Shown: positions 1-9,726, counted from the stretch's first letter. The stretch: DNA of 45,667 bases from Pseudonocardiaceae bacterium (GCA_050699655.1 JBOHFJ010000001.1:1-45667), one strand, 5' to 3'. The notes: generated from the letters alone by a model not told the origin. Made by a program: numbers and translations.

Positions 1-187
1 ACAAAAACAGACGCCAACACCGGCGTGTCCGTTGACCAACAGAAGGGAGATCACCATGCTCACTAACCAGACCTGGCGGTCCCTAGGTCATGGCAAACCG
101 CTGGTCCCATCACGCTGGCAAGCGACAAGCAGGCAACAGATTCGACATCACCTGAAACATGACCACGACAGAAACTACCGCAAATTA

Positions 188-1555
188 TCAAGAAACCCAA
201 GTGGTTTGACCGAGGCGATCCAAAAACTTCAAGGGCTCACGCGCATCCTTCCCTTGGAACTTGAAGAGCCGCGCTGCATGATTTACAATATCCGTCGCGC
301 GGCCAGCCCTGCCAGACATATTTAAGATAATCCAAATTTGTGGGTGGAACTGACGAACTATCAGCTTCTTCAGCCAGGTGGACTGAGTTCCAGCCGCCGC
401 CTTGCCTGCCTTGATTAGTTCTGGGGGAATCATTGGGATAACTGGCCGAAGGCTGGCGCTAGCGATATCAACAGTTGCCGAAACCGCATCGGTGGCGGTT
501 TTCGTGAGTGACGCAATATTTCCCGAAAGTGCCGATATTCGACTTGAGAGTACCTTTTGGTCACCCAGGAAGATAGCTTCGTGAAATTCGGATCGATGTA
601 AACGGTATCTGGTAGCAGCCCGCCGAAACCCGGCCAACACCCTCGGGATCTCGGCAGGAGTTTTGACGCTAGCGAGCACCGCCTGGAGCCAGAATGGCGC
701 ACGAACCTGATGCGGTTCGGACCGAACTAGCTCGGCCCAAGCTTCCTGAAGCCACGCTTCTGGGGACGCTGAATTTAACATAGCAGCTCGGGCTCCTTGC
801 GCCCGGGCAAGCAACATTGGCGACCGTAAGCATCCTCCGACATAACGTATCTCAACCTCACGTTCTGAATCACTGAGCATTGCTTGCATTGTTTGAGCTA
901 GACGTTCATAGAATAGAGCCTTCAGGTCGTTTTCTAAAATGACCGGCCCAAGATCACGACCCGGCAGCCATCTCTCCTCGTTCGGCCGGAATATCGTCCT
1001 CCTATGTTCGTAGGCGGACGGGGAGTTGTAGCGCAACATTTTTTGATACCCATCCATAAAATCATGGGATGGAAAACTTGTTTGCGGAAGCAGGTGCTTC
1101 CAATGCCGCTTGAGTTCGGTTAACCAGAAGGGAGGGACGTCTGAGTTGCTCGCACGCGTCAACTCATCGATCGCCCATCGGTAGTGGCCTTCAAGCAACG
1201 TACTGAAGGAACTCGATGGGATACCACTGCCTTCGCCTTCATAAGGGATGCCTCGTATCACCTCTTCAAGGCCCAGCGTCTCAGCTATTCCTGTATCATT
1301 GGGTATCACCAGAATCCGGTCATAAAAGATCACCGCAGCAACGAGTGCGCCAAGATTGACAAGCGCCGTGAATGGCTCACGCACACCCCGGGAAGACGAC
1401 AACAAATCGACACTGCTTCGAACGGTTGTCCAATCGAGAATGGCGACCGAGATATACGACTTCTTCGGCAGGCCAACATATGAATTGAGGGCGCTGCGCA
1501 TCACCCGCAGGTCGTCCACAGTCGTTGGGGAAGCCGAATTTTTTGGTAAGTCCAC
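188..1555 (-). CDS. Hypothetical protein (455 aa), second gene of a low-GC two-gene cassette; function unknown
   Basis: Long ORF with a GTG start at 1555..1553, in a stretch visibly AT-richer than the rest of the window, so it is not a GC-driven shadow ORF. It is co-oriented with and 90 nt downstream of 1646..2398. I found no Walker, DEAD, GAGxS, HxH or other catalytic signature by eye. Confidence 0.55.
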   Translation of the reverse strand: MDLPKNSASPTTVDDLRVMRSALNSYVGLPKKSYISVAILDWTTVRSSVDLLSSSRGVREPFTALVNLGALVAAVIFYDRILVIPNDTGIAETLGLEEVIRGIPYEGEGSGIPSSSFSTLLEGHYRWAIDELTRASNSDVPPFWLTELKRHWKHLLPQTSFPSHDFMDGYQKMLRYNSPSAYEHRRTIFRPNEERWLPGRDLGPVILENDLKALFYERLAQTMQAMLSDSEREVEIRYVGGCLRSPMLLARAQGARAAMLNSASPEAWLQEAWAELVRSEPHQVRAPFWLQAVLASVKTPAEIPRVLAGFRRAATRYRLHRSEFHEAIFLGDQKVLSSRISALSGNIASLTKTATDAVSATVDIASASLRPVIPMIPPELIKAGKAAAGTQSTWLKKLIVRQFHPQIWIILNMSGRAGRATDIVNHAARLFKFQGKDAREPLKFLDRLGQTTWVS

Positions 1556-1645
1556 AACCCCGTCACAGCTTCGATTTTTTGTTCGACGAGAAGGGCTTCG
1601 GCGGTAGGCGGGCGCTCCGAGGGGTCGGCCGAAAAACGTGAAATG

Positions 1646-2398
1646 TCAAGTCGCGGTTTCATGATTTTCCTCTTCCGAAATGAGCCTGGCCATTAAATGG
1701 TACTCAGGAGAATCTGGCTCGAGACCCGCGAGATACACCAAGTCGGTCGCGTCTTCCCATGACAAGGACGCGTTAATCACCTCGATCGCAGAGGCTGGAG
1801 ATCGGAGCGATTTCAGGTACGTATCGAGCGACGATCCCAACACTCGCATATGCAGGCGAACAAGAGACTTAACCACCTCGCTTGGCTGACCGTCACCGGG
1901 ACACGGTATCTGCAAGAAATACTCGAAGCTTCTATCTTCTATAAGACCACAAGGAGGCGACAGTTGAGTTAATTGCCCCAGCTCAGGACTGGCGCAAAGG
2001 TAATCCAGATCTTCAACCACCAACAGAAACCGAGGGCGTCCCAGAGGCAGCGCTACGATAAAGCGCGCAAGTTGCACCAGTGAAAATGGAACAACCGTGG
2101 CACCGACGTGCAGTACCACCCAGTCCGCCGTTTCCGCTTTCTCCTTAACGGTATCTAATAGTATCGCAGCATCCGCGTTTGACCCGATGTAATTACTGAC
2201 GCGAATCATGGCCACATGCTCAGCCGACCGGTCCCCCACCTTGGTCAGCGAAGAACCTTGATCAGATAGAATTTTCGCAATGATCGACACGGGCTGGCCG
2301 TCCTCGATCACGATACTCGTCAGATTAGCGGCCCTGGGCAAGATTTCGCGACAAAATCGCTCACGCTGAACTGTGGCGAAACCCAACTTTAGAGCCAT
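1646..2398 (-). CDS. Hypothetical protein (250 aa), first gene of the low-GC cassette; function unknown
   Basis: ATG at 2398 is preceded by GAGAGGAG with a 6-nt spacer. That is a better start than the GTG at 2425 used in the ORF track. The sequence alternates hydrophobic-strand and helix segments and has a Walker-B-like FLLVVEDLD stretch, but no P-loop. Confidence 0.55.
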   Translation of the reverse strand: MALKLGFATVQRERFCREILPRAANLTSIVIEDGQPVSIIAKILSDQGSSLTKVGDRSAEHVAMIRVSNYIGSNADAAILLDTVKEKAETADWVVLHVGATVVPFSLVQLARFIVALPLGRPRFLLVVEDLDYLCASPELGQLTQLSPPCGLIEDRSFEYFLQIPCPGDGQPSEVVKSLVRLHMRVLGSSLDTYLKSLRSPASAIEVINASLSWEDATDLVYLAGLEPDSPEYHLMARLISEEENHETAT

Positions 2399-3610
2399 CG
2401 GATGCTCCTCTCTGTCACCAGCCACAGTAACGGGATCGAGCCAACAGTTGCCTAACTTGTAGCGACGCTTGGGCGCTACAAGTATGAAAGTTGAGTCAAG
2501 TTTCAGCCGGCCATCCGAGCCTAGTTGGTGTACTCAGTGACGTGCCGGTCGATCGCACGGAGGACTTGACGCAAGGTACAGCAGCAAGGCGGGCGGGTCG
2601 TGAGTTACAAGTAGAAGGGGCCACCGGGGCCGGTCAGTACGCATGGCGATCTCTCTTCTTTTGGTGACACACCGGTGCTGGTTGGATGCATTGCGTGACA
2701 AGGATATCAACATCCTGCGGGATTCTTAACATATAACAGGAACCTACCACTTGAGGCGGGCGACCGCCACATGATTATCTAGACGAGTGGCCACGTATAG
2801 ACTGCCATCCGATCGGTGCAGACGGTAAAGATTCCAGTGCGCGCTGCATGCGGACACTATGGCGAGAGCGTGCTGTTGCGCCGACGACCCCTTTCGATTG
2901 TGCAGTATCCGCTCTAGCGGGCCACAGCCACGCGGTTACTCACCGGGATCACATCCTGCATCATCGTTGGCGAAGCCGTCTGAGAATGCTCGGTGGGTCG
3001 GGATATGAGCCGGTTCTGCCGTTTCAGCTCACAGTCAGCGACACCACGCTAATGGCTCAACGCGCCGATCCACGACTTTCCGACCTTGATCCGAAACCTC
3101 AACCGCACAATCGGCACCGCACGTCGGGACGGTGGCGACAAGCTGCGCCACGGCACGCAAGACGTAGCAGACCAGGATCATGGTCTAAATCATTCAACTT
3201 TGATCAACACGCCAGGCACTCCCTTATCCGGATCCCTGCCACCGCCCCGCTCCGCTGAGGATGACGACGTAGTGCCGCTCGGCGCCGCTGAGCGTATAGA
3301 TCAAGTCCGGGCCTGGCGAGTTGGGTTGACCTTGCCGATCGGCGCCGCCACTGTGCCGGGGTCGGGCTAGGTCACGGCCTCCGCTGATTCTTGGGCGAAG
3401 TCGCGCGGGAGGGCCGTGGCCAAGCAGCGCGTGCAGCACCGCCATGAAGCGGCGCTTGCCCGAGCCGAACGAACCGGACAGAACGCGGCCCGGCTCTCCC
3501 CCGTGCCAGTCTCGGCAGTGGGGACGGCCACGATGATCATGTCCACGCGCCGCATGATCTGGATCTCAATGGCTTGTACTCCACGTGCGAGATCGAGCAG
3601 ATGCGCGGGC

Positions 3611-4045
3611 TCAGGCAATGGAATTCGCCAGCGTCACCAGGCGGTCATACGACTTGCACGGACAGAGCGGGATGAGCGACCTCTCCCTGATGTAGGCGGC
3701 GATCGTCGGAGAGTCGGACTCCGTGTACTCCGGCACGCGCCCAGCCTTGGTCACCTGCTGGAGGGCCTTCTTCGGCTGATCGATGAGCTCGACGTCTCGG
3801 GGTTGGCGCGGCAGCTTGCCCTTCCAGGCGCGAGGCCGGACCGCCTCGACCGCGTCGGGGAAAAGAAACCACCACGCCTCAATGGCCTGCACGGGTACCA
3901 CGGGCTGTCCGCCCATCGTGGTGAGCTGCCGCGCGAGGTTCGCGGCGACCGTGCCATCGGGATCATGGCCGTCCGCGTCGCGGTGCACGACCACCGCTGC
4001 GACGCGGCCATTGTTGGCCTCAAAGGCCTGTACTGTCCGCCGCAA
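3611..4045 (-). CDS. DUF4276-like (Toprim-related) protein, probably 5'-damaged; partner of the upstream ATPase
   Basis: VVVHRDADGHDPDG and QAIEAWWFLFPD resemble the acidic cluster and the hEFEaLLF-type motif I remember for DUF4276, and the gene sits directly downstream of an AAA_21-type ATPase. The only canonical in-frame start is TTG at 4045. An ATG at 4137..4135 overlaps the ATPase stop (ATGA) but is in another frame and stops after 15 codons. The N-terminal VEGxTE-type region is not recognisable. Confidence 0.4.
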   Translation of the reverse strand: MRRTVQAFEANNGRVAAVVVHRDADGHDPDGTVAANLARQLTTMGGQPVVPVQAIEAWWFLFPDAVEAVRPRAWKGKLPRQPRDVELIDQPKKALQQVTKAGRVPEYTESDSPTIAAYIRERSLIPLCPCKSYDRLVTLANSIA

Positions 4046-4133
4046 CTCGTCGACCCAATCGCGAACGGTGTCCGGCTTTGCCTCACGGGTCAGTGACGCC
4101 GGGCGGCGGAGGGGCTCTGACGGGCGCTGCTCG

Positions 4134-5302
4134 TCATGCCGGCACGCCGCGGATCACACCCGAGAACCACAACTCTCCCGGCCCCCAGTCGGAGGCCTGC
4201 ACGGCGCGGGCGATCTCGTCGGCCGAAGCGGCGGGAATGAGGGAGGCGCCGGTATCCGAGTCGCGGTCGCAGACGATGATCTCGTCCGGGCGTAACCGGT
4301 TCACCAACGTGGGCGAGTGTGTCGCCGCGAGGATCTGGGTCCGGCGGCTGGCGGCGCGCAACCGGTCGAGCAGAACGTCCATCGCATAGGGGTGCAGGCC
4401 GTGGTCGATTTCCTCAATCGCCATGAACGGAGGCGAATCCGGCTCATGCAGGGCTGCGAGCAGCGCGAGCAACCGCACGGTGCCGTACGAAGCGTCCGCA
4501 AGATCGATCGGTGCGGCCACACCGCGCTCACGAAGCTGCACGGACACAGCCTTCGCGGCTCCCCCGACCGGTACAAGCTGCACGCTCTGCAGGCCGGGGA
4601 GGCAACGAGCAAGCTCCTGCGTGAGCAGCTCCCACGAATCTGGGTCGCGCGTCCTGATGCGGTTCAACGCATCAGCCAGGTTGCTGGCGTCCTGGGCGAT
4701 CGTCGCTCCATATTCGCGGGCGGGCAGACGCGCCGCTGACACATCCGGTTCGAACACGAGGATCCGGGAAGGAACTCGGTGAAGCTCCGGATCCCCAACC
4801 CACCCTCGCTGTCGGACAACTTCGGGAGGGTCGCGAGCCCGGTTGTCTGGCTGCTCGCGAGGCTGCGGAAGAAGGTCTCCTGCTCGTCTTCGTAGAAGGT
4901 CACCCGATCACCGCTGACCGTGATGCGCCGACCACGGCCGCCCCTCCGCTTGAAAGTGAACTCCTCCTGGCGTGAGATCGACTTACCATGTCTTGCCAGC
5001 CGCAACTGGTACTGATCGGGTGCGTTCTCGCTGGAGTTAGCGGTGACGAGGCCCTGGATGGTGAGCTCGACGGCCCCAGGCCTGGCAGATTGGCGCTGGA
5101 TGTGGTCGAAACCGTTCCACTCTTGCAACGTGGCCGCCAGGTCGAAGCGCACCGTCGTGGCCAGGAAACGCAGCACGTTGAGCACGTTGGTCTTGCCGGA
5201 GCCGTTCGGCCCGATGAGAACATTCAGCGGGCCAAGCGGCAAGTCAACCGCAGCCAGCGAACAGAAGTTCCGCGCCTGGATGCGCGTGACAGGGAGCTTC
5301 AT
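4134..5302 (-). pseudogene. AAA_21 / SMC-like ABC-type ATPase (AbiL/PARIS-AriA-like), split by a frameshift
   Basis: The N-terminal ORF 4664..5302 has Walker A GPNGSGKTN and an RBS GAGGAGAGGGG before ATG 5302. The C-terminal ORF 4134..4757 has signature-like SYGTVRLLALL, Walker B FMAIEEIDHGLHP and ATHSP. The two ORFs overlap in different frames, and the total span of 1169 nt is not a multiple of 3. The frame switch is near 4758-4780. Confidence 0.75.
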
Positions 5303-5401
5303 GCTTGACCCCTCTCCTCGGTGTCGCTGCCATCATGTCGCGCGGCGGCGCACCCCGTGGCCTCGGCGTCGTGTTGCGAAGTGACGCTGTCGGTTTTGTG
5401 G

Positions 5402-6250
5402 CTAGACAAGGTGGGGGCGGGGTTGGCAGTGGGGGCAGGTGTAGGAGGAGCGGTTCATGAAGGACTCGCGCTGGATCGCGGTGCCGCAGCGGGGGCAGGG
5501 CCGGCCGGCCTGCCCGTAGGCGGCCAGTGAGCGGTCGAAGTAGCCGGAGGCGCCGTTGATGTTGACATACAGCGCGTCGAAGGAGGTGCCACCGGCGGCG
5601 AGCGCCTCGGTCAGCACGTCCGTGACGGCGCGCAGCAGGGTGCGTCCTTGCGCGGCGGTCAGCGTCGCGGTGGGCCGCGCCCCGTGCAGCCGAGCCCGCC
5701 AGAGCGCCTCGTCGGCGTAGATGTTGCCAATTCCGGACACCAGGGTCTGGTCCAGCAGCGCGCGTTTGAGGCCGGTGCGCCGCCGCCGAATCCGGGCGAG
5801 CACCGCATCCCGATCGAAACCCGGGTCCATCGGGTCACGGGCGATGTGCGCCACCGGGGTGGGCAGGCCATCGACCACATCCGCCACCGACAGCCCACCG
5901 AAGGTGCGCTGATCGATAAAGCGCAGCTCAGGGCCATCGTCGGCGAACCGCAACCGCACCCGCAGGTGCGTCTCGTCGGCGGCGCCGGGTGGCTGGATGC
6001 GCATCTGCCCGCTCATGCCCAGATGGGCCAGCAGCGCCTGCGCGTCACCCAGCTCCAGCCAGAGGTACTTGCCGCGGCGGCGGGCGGCACTGATCAACCG
6101 GCCACCGAGACGGGCGGCGAAATCAAGCTCACCGGCGAGGTGACGGCGCACCGCGCGGGGGTGGCGCACCTCGACATCGGCCACCGTGCGCCCGGCGATG
6201 TGTTCGGCGAGGCCGAGCCGGACGACCTCGACTTCGGGCAGCTCAGGCAA
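5402..6250 (-). CDS. mutM: Formamidopyrimidine-DNA glycosylase (Fpg/MutM)
   Basis: PELPEVE N-terminus, H2TH region and C-terminal zinc finger CPRCG...CPHCQ. I place the start at TTG 6250..6248, so the mature protein begins Pro-Glu-Leu-Pro-Glu-Val-Glu. The track ATG at 6292 would add 14 residues and overlap rnc. Confidence 0.95.
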   Translation of the reverse strand: MPELPEVEVVRLGLAEHIAGRTVADVEVRHPRAVRRHLAGELDFAARLGGRLISAARRRGKYLWLELGDAQALLAHLGMSGQMRIQPPGAADETHLRVRLRFADDGPELRFIDQRTFGGLSVADVVDGLPTPVAHIARDPMDPGFDRDAVLARIRRRRTGLKRALLDQTLVSGIGNIYADEALWRARLHGARPTATLTAAQGRTLLRAVTDVLTEALAAGGTSFDALYVNINGASGYFDRSLAAYGQAGRPCPRCGTAIQRESFMNRSSYTCPHCQPRPHLV

Positions 6251-6272
6251 GGGGCAACTCAGGCATGCAGCG

Positions 6273-7016
6273 CTACCCCGCAGGCGGGGCACTCCCGTTG
6301 GCCAGCTCGGACAGCGCGCGCCAGGCGGCCTCGGCGGCCCGCTGCTCGGCTTCCTTCTTGGTCCGGCCCTGCCCGGTGCCTCGCGCCACCCCGGCTATCA
6401 CGGCGGTCGCGGTGAACTCCTTGAGGTGGTCGGGCCCGTCCTCGGTGATCCGGTACTCGGGCACGCCCAGCTCGCGGCCAGCGGTGAGCTCCTGGAGGCT
6501 GGTCTTCCAGTCCAGGCCGGCGCCCAGCAGGGGTGCCGTCACCAGCAGCGGGTCGAACAGCCGGTGCACCACGCCGCGGGCGACGTCCATGCCGTGGCGC
6601 AGATACACCGCGCCGATCAGCGCCTCGACGGTGTCGGCCAGGATGCTGGACTTGTTGCGGCCCCCGGTGAGCTCCTCGCCCCGGCCCAGCAGCAAGTATT
6701 CGCCCAGACCACGGGCACCCAGGCCGCGGGCCACGCCGGCCAGCGCGTGCATGTTCACCACGCTGGCGCGCAGCTTGGCGAGCTGCCCCTCGGGCAGATC
6801 GGGATGGGTGCGGAACAGGTGGTCGGTGACGACCACGCCGAGCACGGCATCGCCGAGGAACTCCAAGCGCTCGTTGGGTTCGAGGCCACCGTTCTCGTAG
6901 GCGTAGGAGCGGTGGGTCAGGGCCAGGGTGAGAAGCTCGGTGTCAAGATCGACATCGAGCGCGGTGCGCAGAGGGCTCAGATCCAACAGGTGACCCCGCG
7001 ATGACCGGTTCCCCAA
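6273..7016 (-). CDS. rnc: Ribonuclease III
   Basis: [10 protein letters not shown] and [13 protein letters not shown] RNase III signature, plus a C-terminal dsRBD-like KKEAEQRAA segment. Confidence 0.95.
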   Translation of the reverse strand: MGNRSSRGHLLDLSPLRTALDVDLDTELLTLALTHRSYAYENGGLEPNERLEFLGDAVLGVVVTDHLFRTHPDLPEGQLAKLRASVVNMHALAGVARGLGARGLGEYLLLGRGEELTGGRNKSSILADTVEALIGAVYLRHGMDVARGVVHRLFDPLLVTAPLLGAGLDWKTSLQELTAGRELGVPEYRITEDGPDHLKEFTATAVIAGVARGTGQGRTKKEAEQRAAEAAWRALSELANGSAPPAG

Positions 7017-7029
7017 GGGTTAAGTGGGG

Positions 7030-7212
7030 TCAGGCCGGCTGGACGACTTGGCGGCCAGCGTATTTCCCGCAATGCGGGCAGACGAGGTGCGGTGGCTTGG
7101 GCTGCCGGCAAGCCCGGTTCGAACACACCGCGAGCGTCGGCGCGCTCGCCTTCCACTGGGACCGCCGCGAGCGGGTGTTCGACCGCGACATCCTGCGCTT
7201 GGGGACGGCCAC
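7030..7212 (-). CDS. rpmF: 50S ribosomal protein L32
   Basis: [23 protein letters not shown]-terminus, a Cys pair (C...CPHCG), 60 aa, in the classic position after the DUF177 gene. Confidence 0.95.
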   Translation of the reverse strand: MAVPKRRMSRSNTRSRRSQWKASAPTLAVCSNRACRQPKPPHLVCPHCGKYAGRQVVQPA

Positions 7213-7213
7213 G

Positions 7214-7804
7214 TTACTTGTTCTCCTCTTCGTTTCCGGGCAAGCGCTGTGCCAGTTCTGTTGTCAGGGCGGCCCAGCGAGGATCAATTGTCTCATGCCG
7301 GTGATCTGTACCGAGTTCCGCCCACTTGTCGCCACAGTCGGGGCACAGCCCAGAGCAGTCCTCGGCGCAGAGCGGGGCGCTGGGCAGCGCGAGCAGCAGC
7401 GCATCGCGCACCACTGGCTCAAGATCGACCAAGCCGTCGACGACCCGGCTGACCTCATCGGGATCGGTACTGGCGTCGGTCGCCGAGTCCGGGTAGGCGA
7501 AAAGCTCGGTCAGCTCCACCCCGAGGGAGTCCACCAGAGGATCCAGGCACCGGGCGCACTGCCCGGTGATCGGCGCCGATGCCGTACCCGACACCAGCAC
7601 ACCCTCCATGACCGACTCCAGCCGCACGTCCACGGACACCTCGTCTCCGGCGGCAATCCCGATCACGTCCAGTCCCAGAGCGACCGGCAGGGGGGCGTCC
7701 CGATGGTAGCGGCGCATCGCCCCGGGGCGCCGGCCCAGGTCCCGAGTGTCGATCACCCAGGGGGCGGACGGGTCGGGTCGCGCGGGAGCGGTGTTTCGCG
7801 GCAT
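7214..7804 (-). CDS. YceD/DUF177 family protein
   Basis: CARCLDPL ... [13 protein letters not shown] motif pair and the conserved yceD-rpmF operon position. The ATG at 7804 is chosen because the upstream 74 codons of the track ORF are Cys/Pro/Arg-rich junk. Confidence 0.85.
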   Translation of the reverse strand: MPRNTAPARPDPSAPWVIDTRDLGRRPGAMRRYHRDAPLPVALGLDVIGIAAGDEVSVDVRLESVMEGVLVSGTASAPITGQCARCLDPLVDSLGVELTELFAYPDSATDASTDPDEVSRVVDGLVDLEPVVRDALLLALPSAPLCAEDCSGLCPDCGDKWAELGTDHRHETIDPRWAALTTELAQRLPGNEEENK

Positions 7805-7907
7805 CAGGGTGCAGGGTAGGCGACGGTGCCTAGGAACGCACACAGGCGGGGCGCAGGCGGGCACAGGCGCGGACAAGCACAGGCGCAACGGTGGGCAGCC
7901 GCGGTGG

Positions 7908-8609
7908 CTAGCGAGGACGCTCACCGACCCCCGCGAGCACCGGTCCACCATGGTGGGCGCGACCGCGCCCGATAGTGTGCAGAGTGCGGTTGAGCAGATC
8001 CTCGAACTCCGCAAGGGTGCCGTCAACGTACGCGTCGCATTCCGCGCGCAGCCGGTGCACCTCGGTGCTCACCTCATCGTGGATTCGGGTGGCCTCCGCT
8101 CGGGCCGCCTGCACCACCTGGGTCTGCTCGACCAGCCGGGACTGCTCGGCGCGGCCGTCGGCGACGGCCCGTTCGTAGGCGGCCCGCCCGGCTGCGGTCA
8201 TCCGCTGCGCCTCGGCTTCCGCGCGCCCGGTGAGCTCCTGGTATTCCCGGCGCCCGGTAGCCGCGAGGCGCTCGGCCTCGGCTTGCGCCTCGGCGACCAT
8301 CGACTCGGCGTGGGCCCGCGCCTCGGTGGTCAGGCGGGTGGCCTCCTCGCGTGCCCCGGTCACCGTCTTCTCCGCATCCTGGCGCGCGGTCTCCACCAGC
8401 TCGTCCCGATGGTCCAGCACGTCCTGAGCGTCATCGAGCTCAGCGGGAATCGCGTCGCGGATGTCGTCGAGCAGCTCAAGCGCATCCCCGCGGGGCACCA
8501 CGCAGCTGGAGGTCATCGGTACGCCGCGGGCCTCCTCCAGGGTGGTCACGAGGTCATCAAGCGCCTCGAAAACCCGATACACCGGCCCTTTTCGTTCCTC
8601 ACTGTCCAC
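7908..8609 (-). CDS. DivIVA-domain coiled-coil protein (resembles the mycobacterial Rv2927c/SepIVA family as I remember it)
   Basis: N-terminal YRVFEALDDL...EEARGVPMTSSCVVPRGDALELLDDIRDAIPAELDDAQDVL, followed by a long A/E/R-rich coiled coil. It sits between coaD and DUF177, as in other actinobacteria. Confidence 0.7.
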   Translation of the reverse strand: MDSEERKGPVYRVFEALDDLVTTLEEARGVPMTSSCVVPRGDALELLDDIRDAIPAELDDAQDVLDHRDELVETARQDAEKTVTGAREEATRLTTEARAHAESMVAEAQAEAERLAATGRREYQELTGRAEAEAQRMTAAGRAAYERAVADGRAEQSRLVEQTQVVQAARAEATRIHDEVSTEVHRLRAECDAYVDGTLAEFEDLLNRTLHTIGRGRAHHGGPVLAGVGERPR

Positions 8610-8680
8610 AGTCGCTAGTCTGACCGGTCAGGCAGCCCGGATGCGGGAACTCGAGCCGCCTCGGCGTGTCCGCCCAGGGG

Positions 8681-9166
8681 TCATTGCCGCCGCCCCGAGA
8701 GCCGGGTGATCAGGCGCTGGTGCACCGTGGCCGGCAGCAGGTGGCCCACGTCACCGCCATAGGTGGCGACTTCTTTGATCACCGAGCTGGACAGGTAGCT
8801 GTAGTGCGGCTTGCTCGGCAGAAACATCGTGTCCACCCCGGAGAGCTGGTAGTTCAGCTGGGCCATCTGCAGCTCGTAGTCGAAGTCACTGACCGCGCGC
8901 AGGCCCTTCACGATCGTGGCGATCCCGTTGGTGGTGCAGTAGTCCACGAGCAGTCCGTGCCAGGAATCGATGCGCACACCAGCCAGGTGCTGGGTGATCT
9001 CCTTCAGCATCGCCATCCGGTCGGCGACCTCGAACAGGCAGCTCTTGGTCTTGTTGATCAGCACGGCGACCACGACCTCGTCGAACTGGCTCGCGGCCCG
9101 CTCAATGATGTCGAGGTGGCCCTTGGTCGCGGGGTCGTAAGAACCGGGACACACCGCACGCCTCAT
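8681..9166 (-). CDS. coaD: Phosphopantetheine adenylyltransferase
   Basis: AVCPGSYDPATKGHLDIIERA (the T/H-x-G-H nucleotidyltransferase motif), 161 aa. Confidence 0.95.
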   Translation of the reverse strand: MRRAVCPGSYDPATKGHLDIIERAASQFDEVVVAVLINKTKSCLFEVADRMAMLKEITQHLAGVRIDSWHGLLVDYCTTNGIATIVKGLRAVSDFDYELQMAQLNYQLSGVDTMFLPSKPHYSYLSSSVIKEVATYGGDVGHLLPATVHQRLITRLSGRRQ

Positions 9167-9726
9167 GCGCTACCGTAGTACACAACGGTGTCGCCATACC
9201 GCCGATGCGTGAGCGCAGTCACACCCACCGGCCAGGTCGGCGCGCGTGCCGCGACCGGGCGCTCCAGCGCCAGCAGCGCCGCTGGCGCCAGCCAGCCGCC
9301 ACCGGCCAGTGCGCTCAGCACACCGCCCAGAGCAACGTCATCGAGCGCATAGGGGGGGTCGGCGAGCACCACGTCGTAGGGCAGACCTGGGTCCTCGCGT
9401 AGCGCCGCGAGCACGTCCGCCGTGCTCACCAGCGCCGCGGCGCCTAGTCCGAGCGCCTCGACGTTACGGCGCAGCACGGCCGCCGCCCGCCGGTCGGATT
9501 CCACGAATCGGACGTGCGCCGCCCCCCGGGACAGCGCCTCCAGGCCCAGCGCACCGGATCCGGCGTAGAGGTCCAGCACCCGGGCCCCCTCAAGATCCCG
9601 GCGGGCTTGCACCGCGCTGAACACCGCCTCGCGGACCCGCTCCGACGTCGGCCGGGTGCCGCGCGGCGGAACAGCCAACCGACGCCCACCAGCGGTACCC
9701 GCCACGATCCGCACCATGACGCCCAT
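9163..9726 (-). CDS. rsmD: 16S rRNA (guanine966-N2)-methyltransferase RsmD
   Basis: RIVAGTAGGRRL..P....RPTSERVREAVFS and DPPY motifs; overlaps the coaD start. The start is uncertain: ATG at 9726 or ATG at 9717. The track start at 9795 adds a non-conserved extension. Confidence 0.9.
   Translation of the reverse strand: MGVMVRIVAGTAGGRRLAVPPRGTRPTSERVREAVFSAVQARRDLEGARVLDLYAGSGALGLEALSRGAAHVRFVESDRRAAAVLRRNVEALGLGAAALVSTADVLAALREDPGLPYDVVLADPPYALDDVALGGVLSALAGGGWLAPAALLALERPVAARAPTWPVGVTALTHRRYGDTVVYYGSA

Noticed and set aside
32-325. A 97-aa plus-strand ORF at the window start
   Set aside because: It overlaps the 3' end of the 455-aa gene, has no RBS or motif, and the window edge prevents context analysis.
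2426-3223. ORFs 2848-3258 and 3086-3370 (+), plus a search for tRNA, att sites or integrase remnants at the low-GC/high-GC junction
   Set aside because: The translations look non-protein-like (Arg/His/Pro-rich). The minus strand is full of stops. I could not find a cloverleaf-like structure or convincing direct repeats. I treated the stretch as decayed or non-coding DNA.
3416-4295. Several plus- and minus-strand ORFs (3416-4096, 3645-3875, 3751-4086, 3783-4295) overlapping the DUF4276-like gene
   Set aside because: They are alternative-frame or antisense ORFs with low-complexity Arg/Ser/Pro-rich translations. Only the 3611-4045 frame has family-like motifs.
5648-7004. Long plus-strand ORFs (5648-6415, 6186-7004, 6265-6900)
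   Set aside because: They are antisense to fpg and rnc, which have unambiguous motifs, so these are GC-driven shadow ORFs.
7805-8026. N-terminal extensions in the ORF track for DUF177 (to 8026), lanC (to 13212), rsmD (to 9795), pyc (to 29904), both SARPs (to 33262 and 43923), the HTH/TPR regulator (to 19438) and DUF6879 paralogue 2 (to 20738)
   Set aside because: The extensions overlap upstream genes or have junk composition. Internal starts with RBSs, or with alignment to paralogues, fit better. Revised starts are given in the features.
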